Source: Entomortierella parvispora E1425 (taxonomy: Eukaryota; Fungi; Mortierellomycota). From it: a DNA stretch of 64,000 nucleotides. Shown here one piece after another: positions 53,701 through 64,000 of this stretch. The notes under the pieces were generated by a model. The model worked only from the letters and a program-made list of their open reading frames with translations. It was not told the DNA's origin and did not search any database. Position numbers and translations under genes: made by a program. Where the stretch lies: assembly GCA_020891255.1 (NCBI GenBank), contig BQFW01000009.1, positions 1,116,001 through 1,180,000 on the forward strand, written 5' to 3'. Each line of letters begins with the position of its first letter. Positions within the stretch are counted from its first letter, which is position 1.

Positions 53701-55075
53701 GTAAAAAGGAAACCGGAACAAAGATAGTGAGTGAGCATAACAATCGAATGCGGACCATGATTTTCATATTTCTTCCCGCTTCTGTTCCTTCTTTTTAGTT
53801 TTCACATGCAGGGACCCCTTCTTCCCACAGGGTGTGAGCCTTGGGCGTTACTGGGACATAGTCATGATAAACAACGCCACAATTGAGGTCATTTCGTTGT
53901 CCTGAACGCTTTCCTCTTACTACGCCCATATCCGCTTTCCCACACTGATGTAATCCATTGTATCCACTTACATCTCCGTTTCCACTGAAGTGCTTTCCGA
54001 GTTGATCAGACGTAGGCAGGCCACACTTGTTTGAGCGCAAGAGAATCTCGCTTGATCCCAAGGCACCTGCTCCCAAGACGACAATGTCGGCGGTGACAAA
54101 CATGGGGGCGATCGAGGCTCCATGTTCCAGCAAAAAGCCCTCGCGACTCTCCTCTTGCCATTCAAAGTAGACAACATACTGCTCAGCAGCTCCTGCACCA
54201 CTCTGCAACTTCTTCTTGGCCTTCTCGACCCTGACCACATTGCAGCAGGTAAAGATCTCGGCACCGTGGTTCCATGCATCGGGGATATAGTTCATCAAGG
54301 TCGTGTTCTTGCTCCAATCATTCACACCCGTGGTATCATTGCCAGTCAAGGTCGACTTCTTTTGGAAAACACCCGCAGGGTTCAAGGCGTCCTCAAAGTG
54401 AACCGTGATAGGTGGGCGCACAAACTTGTCATGAGCGCCCGCGCCTTTAGCCTGCTGTTCCAGTGTTGCCAGCTTGGGCAGGACGGGCCAGTCCTCGGGA
54501 TAAGGATTGGGCTGCAGCATATCGTAAGCGTGTTGGAACGATTGGTCCAACAAGGCGCGGTCCTGGGTCACTTCTTCAGGCCACGACTTGTCGTCCCAGA
54601 GACGGGGCTCGGGCTTCAAAGCCGTGTTGGCGTTCAGGAGCGAGGTACCACCGAGACTGACGTTCAACGCATGTGGAATGATGAAGACAATCAGTCATCT
54701 GGAATGGACAACAAACAAAGAATCCCAATTCATTCATTCATTCAGCCAATCATACCCGCATGCGACAAAGGCCCATTGGTCCTTGTTCTTGTGAATCTCG
54801 TAAAGACCCGTACGTTTGCCCTCGTGGCCACTCTCGCCGTTGAACTGGACCTCACTCGCGGCCTTGAGTGTGTCTTCGGGGTACTCGCCGGGCCAGCGTT
54901 CCTCTCCGCGCTCGAGGATGCAGACGCGACGACCGGCACGCGCAAGACGCGAGGCGGCAATGGAAGCACCGTATCCAGAACCGACCACGATGGCATCGTA
55001 GTGGCTCTTGAGCTTGGTCAAGGGCGAGCTGATCCTGGGAGGGCGACGGGGGACATCCTGCTTGTGGCCGACCAT
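50707..55075 (-). CDS. Cholesterol-oxidase-like GMC oxidoreductase fused to a C-terminal alpha/beta-hydrolase
   Basis: Four exons: YDAIVVGSGYGASIAASRLA, CGLGGTSLLNAN, VVLGAGALGSSEILLRS, FSGNGD, TVHPIGGC, LYVMDGA and GVNPFLTISALAER (GMC). Then LLHGASVSS, YDVWLSDWR, VIAHCVGS and GYGHLDC (hydrolase). Confidence 0.88.
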
Positions 55076-55805
55076 GTTGAGAGAAAAAAAAAGAGAAAAG
55101 AAAAAAAAGACAAGGTTGGGTAGAGGGTATAACGGGAGCGATGAAACTGAAATAAAACAGTAAAAAAAAACGAAACGCCACAAGGGAAGACGATGCAAAT
55201 GCGAATGGGAAAAGGAAGAAGAGAAGGATGGAGTGGATGGAGTGGATGGATGGATGGTGCAATGGCTCTTTCCTCTCTTATACAACAAACCAGAAGCAGC
55301 GAACGAACCCGCCGGCTCTCAAAGTAAGAAAAAAAGGGCCGAAAGTACCACACGCTTGGCGACCGTGGGTCAATATTTCCATTCTGCCATGCATGCGGGC
55401 CGCCTTTGTTGTCAACTTATTGTTGACATCCCGCTTGACCCGTGCAATTGCTCTCGGCTTTCCCTTTTGCTTATGCGATGCGATCCTTGACGCTGTCTGT
55501 CTAGAAGCTCTCGTCCCGTTGGACGCGTTCTCGAAAGGGACGACGATCATAGACGCATGTTGTTTCCCCGAGGAGGAGAAGGAGGTAAAAAAAACTCTTT
55601 GCGGGCTGTGCTGTTGCATTCGCAGAAAGACAGCCTCTTGTTCTCTCTTATCTCTCTCACTGGCATTCTTTTCTTCACATTCTTTGGCATGTGAAATGAA
55701 GAGAGCGGGCGTCATGGTCGTTTTTTATTTTCAATTTAGATTATTGTCATGAAGTGAATGCTGGAAATGCAGAGTGGGTGGTACATGATGAAGAACAGTA
55801 GTTGC

Positions 55806-58373
55806 TTATTCTCCTTGGGGGCGGTTGATGGTGTTTCTACGGTAGAGTCGCGCCACTTGGTCGGGCGAGTAATGACGAAGGGGAGAGTTGGGTCCCAGAG
55901 TTTCCTGATCTGCCATGTCAGGCGAGTCCAGGTCCAAGAGATCTCTCTGCAAAACCTCGACACGCTGAGGCAATGCGTAGTATTTGATGCCAATCTCTTC
56001 GACTGCATCTTTGAGCGCAAAGTTGAACTATTTGGAAGCAAAAAAAAGGCCAAAGGGGTCAGTGTACACAAGACACAAGTGACACTAATTTTTCTTTGTG
56101 CATTGTTTGTTAGGCCGTTCAGTTCGTTTGTTACCTTTGTTCGGCGGGCCCAACGGCGACCAGAATCCTGCCAATTGCCCTTGTGTTCGATCACCATCGA
56201 AATCTTGAGCTTGACATCCATCTCCTGAATCTGAATTTCCATGTCGGGCAAGAACTCTTTGCTCTCCCTGACCAAGAAATCGCGCATGCGCGCACGCAGC
56301 TCCAGAATCTTGGACTGGGGGGTATAACAGTCCACATTGAGGACAATCTTCTCCGACATATTGGGCGAACGGCGGACATTGTGGATGGGCTTTTGACTGA
56401 GGACATTGTTGGGATAGTACATGCGCTTGCCATCCCAGGTGACAAACATGGTGCTATTCAATCCGACTTCTCGCACAAACATGTCTGTGCCATCGATATT
56501 GCACAGGTCGCCGGAATCATAGGGATGCTACAGAATTAAAAAAAAAAAGTTTAGTCGCGTTGTCCACCTTCTTTCTTCTTCAGTTTCAAGAGCAGTGATG
56601 CTTGCTTACAGTGATGAACAAAAAGACAATGTTCTCGAAAAGGGTCTTCAAAGAGTTTCCAAAGACAAAGCTAAGGGCCACGAGGAAAGAGCCGATGGAC
56701 AACATGTTCTGGACCACACTTGTGCCAAAAATGGACAGGATGATCAACAGCCAGACCACGGTCACGATCGTCAAAAAGATGATATCCAACTTGCCCACAG
56801 CCTGAGAGAGATCTCTCAAGGACGTGTGCAGATCCTTGCGCTCCTTGTAAACATAAAAGATCTTTTCCTTCATCTCACGCTTGGAAATGTCGCCGTTTCC
56901 GTCCTTGTCAAAGATGGCAAAGGCTTCCTTGGCATCCTCCTCCGTTTGGAAATAAGGGTAAAAGTCTTCCACTACCAATTCCTCGCCGTTGCCCTGAAGG
57001 TTGTAAAACAGAGTCTTGGCCAGACGTTTGGCATTGTCGGTCGAGTTGATATCCTTGGCAGGTGTGCTGTCGGCCATGGCAATGCCATGGAGCGTTCGGT
57101 TGATTCCCTTGAAGATGTCATTGGGCTTTCCTCCTTTACTATCTCTCTGTAACTTGCGGACAGAGGGCGCGGTCGAGTTGCGGCTGTTGTTCTGCTCTGT
57201 GGGCGTAGCCAAAGGCGTTTCCGTTAAATGAATGGTATCGCTGTTGTCCAGACTATGTGACCGAGATTGCTGACGGGACCGGTATCCAGTCGAGAATGGA
57301 GAGATGTAATCACCATTATCAGACGTGTTGTTCCTGCTGTGCGTGGGTCTCAGCTTTTTGTTGATCTTTTTCGAGGTTCCAAGGCGATCGAGGACTGTGA
57401 GCGCATACTTGTTCTCCTTGATACGGTCGGCGTAGGCGGTCTGGTGAAAGTTTTTAGAAATGATTTGAAGCAGCACCTTCTCGACAAACACCAAAGCACA
57501 TCCGGCAATGATCGCAGCAAGGACCTTGATCATGATCGGCTGCCATTTCTGGTCGTGGATGACGGGGTGAATGACGGTTGAGAGTAAGGCAAAGGAACCG
57601 GTAGCCCAGCAGGCGGCGAAAAGCCACTTGATATACTTCTTGGTGGCGACAAAGATCAGAAGCTTGGACTTGACGGCCTCGAGACGTGAGCTCGTCACCA
57701 TAGAGGACAGACGAACAATGACAACAGGGATGATGTCGACACCCCAGTTGGTGATGCAGACGATACACCACATGAAGGCAAGCCAGGTAAAGATCAGGAC
57801 GATGGTATCCCTGCGGACGTATGCTTCATAACCATCCGTTCCAGGCTCCGGAGATGGGGAAGCGACAGTCAAAAAGATCCTGGTCAAGATGGCAGGCAAC
57901 GCTACAAAGGGAGCAACCACCAGCATCATAATGACCATCCGCAGGAATGGTGAAAGGCGTCTCCATTTGGATCGGACCTTGTCCTTCCTTCGTTTGTGAA
58001 CCTGTCCATTGTCGTCAATGTTGATGTCCTCGTCCCAGTCAAAGTCAGACTCGTCGCTGTTCATGGCCTGTCGAGGAGGGGTGAAGTCCTTCTCGGCAGC
58101 CTCGTCCTGTTTGAGGATGCGTTCGATCTCGATCAAAGTCGAGTTGGGTAGTGAGGGAGCATTTGACTTTGGCAGGTGCGGGCTGTTGCTGTTGAGGGTG
58201 GTATTGGTGTTGGTATTGCAATTGAGAGAGAACTTTGAGGCGTTGTAGTTGGCACTGGTTGGAGTGGCGTAAGGGTGGAGCTGTGTGGGCTCAATCAGCT
58301 CTTCGGCGGGGGGGAACGCCATGAGTGGGCCACCCGAGGGATCGCAGGGCGAGCTCGGCGTGAAGGTCATCAT
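55806..58373 (-). CDS. MscS-like mechanosensitive channel with EF-hand (Msy1/Msy2-like)
   Basis: FVEKVLLQIISKNFHQTAYADRI, NAKRLAKTLF, EF-hand DKDGNGDISKRE, SLRDLSQAVGKLD, LSFVFGNSLKTLFENIVFLFITHPYDSGDLC, REVGLNSTMF, PIHNVRRSP and HKGNWQD. The true N-terminus may include exon 59108-59190 (see findings). Confidence 0.92.
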
Positions 58374-59107
58374 CAATGGGATATCTAGGACGGATGGACG
58401 TGGGTTAGTACGAAGGATGCCCATGGTGCAATGTCAGGTCAGGGGGAAGGGGAACAAGCGAGCTGCAGGGGTATAATTTGGTGGCGCAATTGCTGTGCTG
58501 TGCTGCAGCGGATCGAAGGAGGGCGGGAGGAAAAGGGGAAGAGAAAAAACAAGAACGGCCATGCCGTCAACGGGCAAGGATGTTTTCTTTCTTTCTTTCT
58601 TTCTCTCTCTCTCTCTCGATGTTCCTACTCTATACTTCTTGCCAGTTCACACCAGTGCACACTGGAATGAGCGGCATGCCGTTGCATGGCGGATCCTCAT
58701 TTCGTCAACTTACCGCCATTGACGGTCAAATGGTTTCCGGATTCCTTCCTGGCCTGGGTCTCTTTTTGCCGCCTGAATTTCATTACAAGCTTCGTTGGTT
58801 TGTTTGTGTGTTTGCCAGTTTGTGTTGTTGGTCGTAAGGTTGGTCGTAAGGTTGTTGGGAGAGATAAGGGGAGGAATGGGTCATATACCGAGGGTAGAAG
58901 TGAGGGAAAGTAAATAGAGAAAGAGAGAGAGAGAGACAGAAGGGAGATACAGAGAGACAGAGATGGAGGGAGTGAAAGAGTCGGAGCAAGTGAAGAGAGA
59001 AAGAGAGGAAGGAGGGTGTCAAGGTATCTCTCGGTCAATGGCCAAAGTGCCGTTCTCTTCTTCCCAGTCATCCATTCACTCAACTCAGTTTAGTCAATTG
59101 CACTCAC

Positions 59108-59190
59108 CGTTCTCCCTCCCCACCGGGGCTGCCTCGGGCAACCTCTGGGCGCTCCTGGGTCTGGCCCTGACTGGCTGGACCTGACTTCAT
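59108..59190 (-). other. Upstream exon of the MscS-like gene (uORF or out-of-frame coding exon)
   Basis: ATG at 59190, 83 nt to a strong donor CG|GTGAGT (59107). The matching acceptor has branch point TACTAAC and CCTAG| at 58385. Confidence 0.55.
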
Positions 59191-59671
59191 TTCCCAAAAA
59201 GCTGTTACCCAGATCGAGCCCTCTCATTCGCACGGCCATTAATAACCCCCCGTACCACAAAACATCCTGTTTCTCTCTGGCTGGGTTTCGATGTTTCTTT
59301 TTGAATCTTCTCTTTTCATCTTGTTCATGTTTCGTTGCTTTGTGGCGCAAACTCAGAACGGGCCTAATGACTGGGATTCACGTACTCATGTACCCGTTTA
59401 GGCTTTGACTGCCCTACTCCGAGGAAACGAGCCTGCCCAGTCCCCAATTTCAAAATGAAAAGAAAAAAAAAATCCAGGGTCCATTCGTACATACATAATC
59501 ATGATGTGCTCCCTGCTCAATTGGTGAAGGTACCCCGGTCTTTGAATTATCATACAACATAAAAAAAAAGCATGGTGTGTATTTTGAATGGGTTCTATGA
59601 AAAATGCAAGAGTAAAATGGAGAGGGGTACATTGTTTTTAGGGCTGGACAACGTGTGAGTCAGTGAACGGC

Positions 59672-62297
59672 CTTAAGAGAAGAGCTTGATGGTATGGTCA
59701 GCACCACTTGAGATCAGCCATGGCTGGTTAGGGTGCCATTCCACACATAATGCACCTATTGTCATTGTAAACATATCAAACCATATTTACGTTAGCGTGC
59801 GTTACCATTAAACAATACCGGGGAATAGCTTTTTAAGAAACAAGTGAATAACAACAATAAAAAAAAAACATACCGAGGGCATCAACGCGCTTGTGAACAT
59901 CCTTCAAGATCTTGACGGGAACAATCAGAGGGTTCTGCAAAAGATCGTTGTAGACCATGCCGTGGAAGATTTGAACGTGGCCATCATCAGCACACGAAGC
60001 AAAGAGGGGGTACCGCTTGTGGTAGGCGACCGAGCGAATGGCCTGGGTGTGGTATCTAAGGGTCTTGTAGGGCTTGGACGACAAATCAAGATCGAACCAG
60101 CAGAGACGCTTGTCGTACGATCCAATGATCAAGTTGTCTCCAGCAGGGTGCACATCCAAGGACGACACCCACTTCACTCCTGTCATCATAGTCTTGACCA
60201 GCTCTTGACGCTGCAAGTTATATTGGCGGACATAACGCTGAGTAGCGACAAAGAACATGGGCTTGGTAGGGTGGAACATGACACGCTGGACAGCTCCCTT
60301 GGTCTTCTTGAAGGGCTGCTGAGTCTGGTGCTTGGTCAACTGATGGATAAGAACAGCCGAGTTGTTGGCATCGGGAGCAACGGTAGAGAAGTAGTCTCCC
60401 TTGCGATGCCACGTTACTTGCTTCACGGGCTTTTGAAGGTGGATCCAGACACGGATACCCTGCTCGTATTCAGCAGGTGTGGGCTGCTTCCATGTGGCCT
60501 TGGCGTTGGCATCTGTGGCTGCCACATTGGCAAATCCAGCCTTCAAGTACTCTTCAGAGTGAAGAGTGAGCTCAGGCGAAAAGAGCTTCTCGGGCAAGAT
60601 GAGTCCGACCTTGTATCCGCAGGAAACAGCCAAGACGGCAATATCCTTGTTAGGGCCCCAGACAACTGAAGTGACCAACTCGTCAACGTGGTATGTAGCC
60701 ATGCAACGGCCAGTCGAGACCTCCCAGACGCGGACAGTCTTGTCATCACTTCCAGATGCCAACCAGAGACCAGAAGGATCCACAGAAATGGAACGAACAC
60801 GTCCCTCATGTCCGAGGTACTCAATGGCGAGACGGGTGGGGAAGGGCTGCAAGTCGCGGGGGGAGGGGAGCTTGGGAATAAGAGATTCGGGATCAATGTT
60901 GAGGCGGTTCTTGCGAACACGGGGTGCAAGGTACAGATCCAAGCAACGCTCGAATCGCTCCTGAATGAATTGGCCATATCCGGGCACGTTCCTGAGAGCA
61001 TTGTACTTTTGGGGAAGGTAGTTCTTGGGTCTATCTTCCTTGTCCATCTCGTTCCACTCCTTGATCTCCTCCTCAGTGGGCAAGTACTCTGCAGGTGGGT
61101 TGTAACTCTCGTCGTGTGTTGGGAGCTTCATCTTGGGTGCGGTGATGTGCATGACGTGCTCCTCTCTTGGCTTATCCTCGGAATCGTTCCAGAGGTTGTA
61201 ATACTTTGGCTTGGGTGGGACATATCCAGACTTGCGAGGCACAATGCGGCCTTCACGGATAGCACGCACAATCTTCATGATTCTCTTGGCCTCGTGCTTC
61301 GAAGGAATGAAACGACGCTTAGGCTCAGGAGCAGCAGAGAGAGGCATGATCTCAGTCTTGGACGAGAAGAACTCGACCTGATCCTCGTAAGGGTTGTAGT
61401 CGGCATCAGGAATGCGGTTGCCCTCCAATCTGCGAATGATGTCCAATTCCTCTGCAGTCAACTTGACGTCCTGTCCTTCCTTGTAGTTGTGGGCCGAGAG
61501 CCACGAGTCGGGATCATCCATGGTGCTGAGGAACTTGTCAAGCTCATCACCGGTAGCTGGTCGCATGATCTTTTTGCCGTCGATATCGTAACCAATGTGA
61601 GGGTACTCGTCGTACCATTCCATGGGGATATTTCCGACTGTGTTCTCGTTCTACAACAGAGAAAGGAAAAAATTGAGAATGTTGGTCAATCATTCCGAGT
61701 ACTAGGACTACGGTGGACAAAACTCAAAGAATAAAACATGGTCTTTACCTCCTCGGTCGAAGAATCACTGTCGTAGGAAGGATCAATCTCTGGGTATTGG
61801 CGTTTGATGGGGTTGTAGTCGCTTTCCTCGGGCAAAGGCTCGTTCAAGTTGTGTCCAAAGTTGGGGTCGATGTCGTCCTCCCGCATGAGGGCATCAAAGT
61901 CTCTGCCTTCCTCATCATCGGAATCCTCTTCAATGTCATCATCATCGTCCTCGTTCTCTTCTTGGCTGTCAGCGATGCTATCACCGTCCATGTAGGAGTC
62001 TTCAGAGTCCTCTTCCTCCTCATCGTCTTCATCAAGGTCGGCAGCAGACATGTCCTGGCCTTCCTCCTCGGGGAACTCTTCAGCATCCTCATCCTCGTCT
62101 TCATCGTCGCCCTCGGAAGCGTCCTCGTCGTCCGAGTTCATATCAATGGCGACCTCGCCAAACTCGTCGTCAGACTCTTCCTTTGCCTCATCGACAGTTC
62201 TCTTTCTGCTCTTGGGAGCAGGGGCGGCGGCCTTGTTGGGGGCGACTGGTGCAGGCTTGGCAGCGGCAGCAGCCTTTCGGGTGGGTCGTGCGGGCAT
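59672..62297 (-). CDS. ERB1: Ribosome biogenesis WD40 protein Erb1/BOP1
   Basis: Acidic N-terminus, YDSDSSTEE|NENTVGNIPMEWYDEYPHIGYDIDGKKI, EPKRRFIPSKHE, LPTHDESYNPPAEYL, ERFERCLDLYLAPR, WD repeats, NDLLQNPLIVP, and last exon GALCVEWHPNQPWLISSGADHTIKLFS*. Confidence 0.97.
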
Positions 62298-62813
62298 GTG
62301 CGGCGTATAGATATAGGTTGGAGGAGGCGGTCGATATTAAGATGGGTGCGGTGTGGATAAGATGAAGGGTGGACCACAAGACACGAAGGTTGTATTACGG
62401 AAGGAAGGGGAGAATGGGAAGGGGTGAGATCAGACAGGCAGACTGCTGATGTGAATGAGCAATGATGCGATGCAAATTGCAATTGATGCTGCTTCTCAAA
62501 GGGAAAAAAAAAGAAAAAAAAAGTAAGGTCCACGGATTGGTGGCTCGGCTCTGTTGATTTTTTTCTTTTTTATGTGGATGGCAGTCACTAAATTGCAACA
62601 TGCTCAAGCAACGGGGCTCTTCGACTTCAAAGGACAAAGAAAACTGAAGGGAAACGAGAACAAAAGTTTATGACAATCTGCTCGATTTGAGGATTATTTT
62701 ATTGGGAGAAAATTCTCACTTTATCAATCGCATGTTCATCCAAGAATGATCCAACGCTTGTCCAGCTGAACTACAACCCACTAAAACTTGCACACTGTTA
62801 GACAGGGGCAAAT

Positions 62814-63911
62814 TTACTCGGCGTGCAAGGTCTCGAGGAAGGCAGCGGAGGTCTTGGGGGCCTTCTTGCCAGACTTGACAGACTTCTTGAGGATCTCGGC
62901 ACGGCGGAGAGTCTGGGCATAGGGGTTGAGGCGGTTCATGACGGCCATCGACTTGAGGGGGTTCTTCTTCTGGGTGTAAGGGCGGGGGGTCTTGGCGGGA
63001 CCGGCAGCCTTCAAAGAACCCTGGATCTCAGCAGAGTTGATGATACGGGTAACATCAGGGTTGGACATGATGTGGGAAGGAAGGGAGTAGTCCTTCTTGA
63101 GGGCAGAGGCCTTGCGGTAGGTACCGTAGATCTGGTCCAACATGGCGAAAGCACCCTGGGTCCAGATGATGAAGCGACCCATGTGTCCACCGGGGGCGAG
63201 CTGCAACAAGTTGAGGGTGCGAACGTTAGCGAGCTCGACACCGGGGATGTTGCGGAAAGCCTTGACGATACCGTTGTCCTCGGAGTAGACAACGAGGGGA
63301 CCGCGGCGCTGGCGGTGACGACGGTTACGCATCTTACCAACACCAGCACGGAGCTTGCGGGAGTTGGAAACCTTGACGACATCAGCGTAGGCGTGGATGG
63401 ACTCGAGGAGAGCAACGGCAGCCTTGGTCTTGGTCAAAGACTCAACACCGGATCCGATGACGAGGGGAACCTCCTCGATCTGCTCAATTCTGTGACCACG
63501 GGCCAAGACCAAGGAAGGAAGGGCAGAGGCAGCCAAAGCAGAGGCAGTAGCGAAACGCTTCTGGTTCTGGTTGGTCTTGACGTGCCACTTGCGCCAGATC
63601 TTAGTGGGGGCGAACATACGACCTCCACGGCACATGTTACCGAAAGCGGCCTGGCCGGAACGGTGGGTACCGCCTCCAGAGACACGGGGGATACGGGCAA
63701 CAGCGCGACCGGTACCCCAGGACTCGGCAGAGGTCTGGTGACCAGCCTTCTCGGAGACGGAGTAGGCCTGGCGGTGGTTCTTGTTCATGTTCTTGTGGAC
63801 GAACTGGACAACATCAGGGCGGATAGGGGCCTTGAAGACAGCGGGCAAGACCTGGGTGCCAATGGCCTCCTTGCCAGACTCAGAGAAGATGGAGATAACG
63901 GGACGAGCAGC
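62814..63911 (-). CDS. RPL4: 60S ribosomal protein L4 (uL4); start codon exon lies beyond the intron/window end
   Basis: AARPVISIF...[52 protein letters not shown] and [19 protein letters not shown]. Acceptor TAG| at 63912. Confidence 0.98.
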   Translation of the reverse strand, partial: AARPVISIFSESGKEAIGTQVLPAVFKAPIRPDVVQFVHKNMNKNHRQAYSVSEKAGHQTSAESWGTGRAVARIPRVSGGGTHRSGQAAFGNMCRGGRMFAPTKIWRKWHVKTNQNQKRFATASALAASALPSLVLARGHRIEQIEEVPLVIGSGVESLTKTKAAVALLESIHAYADVVKVSNSRKLRAGVGKMRNRRHRQRRGPLVVYSEDNGIVKAFRNIPGVELANVRTLNLLQLAPGGHMGRFIIWTQGAFAMLDQIYGTYRKASALKKDYSLPSHIMSNPDVTRIINSAEIQGSLKAAGPAKTPRPYTQKKNPLKSMAVMNRLNPYAQTLRRAEILKKSVKSGKKAPKTSAAFLETLHAE

Positions 63912-64000
63912 CTAATGGAGTGGTTGATGATCGTTTAGCAATCTGGTCCAAAAGTGCACTCTCTGTGAACTGAATCTTTTTATCCCGAGAAATCCTCCCG

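Noticed and set aside
59893-61734. 258-aa and 348-aa plus-strand ORFs
   Set aside because: Antisense shadows of ERB1/BOP1.
62823-63938. 371-aa plus-strand ORF
   Set aside because: Antisense shadow of highly codon-biased RPL4.

Overview
Eukaryotic, intron-rich fungal DNA with GT-AG introns, pyrimidine-rich 5' leaders and microsatellites. Gene content and family types point to an early-diverging fungus, probably Mortierellaceae (inference, no database search). 1-20 kb is a compact housekeeping block: eIF3a, Ugo1-like, dynactin p27, Dus1, RNase P/MRP p30, tubulin cofactor D and Grr1-like F-box. 20-55 kb is more accessory: an intact, apparently TIR-less IS630-Tc1-mariner transposase-like ORF with DD86E spacing, a large F-box/LRR protein with a C-terminal membrane anchor, tRNA-Thr(AGU), a spliced PD-(D/E)XK nuclease-fold gene, FAD monooxygenase, amino-acid transporter, NADP-dependent enone reductase, auxin-efflux-carrier-like transporter, a frameshifted RNI-like pseudogene, a type-I Kelch membrane protein, an AIFM2/FSP1-like oxidoreductase, and a cholesterol-oxidase-like GMC enzyme fused to a Cys-nucleophile alpha/beta-hydrolase. 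The end holds an MscS-like channel, Erb1/BOP1 and RPL4. Exon boundaries were read by eye from splice signals and frame continuity. The long antisense ORFs in the track are shadows of real genes. The strongest leads are the possibly domesticated transposase, an MscS upstream exon that is one base out of frame across a C7 run, the GMC/PhaC-like fusion, the tail-anchored F-box protein and the tRNA-adjacent REase-fold gene.
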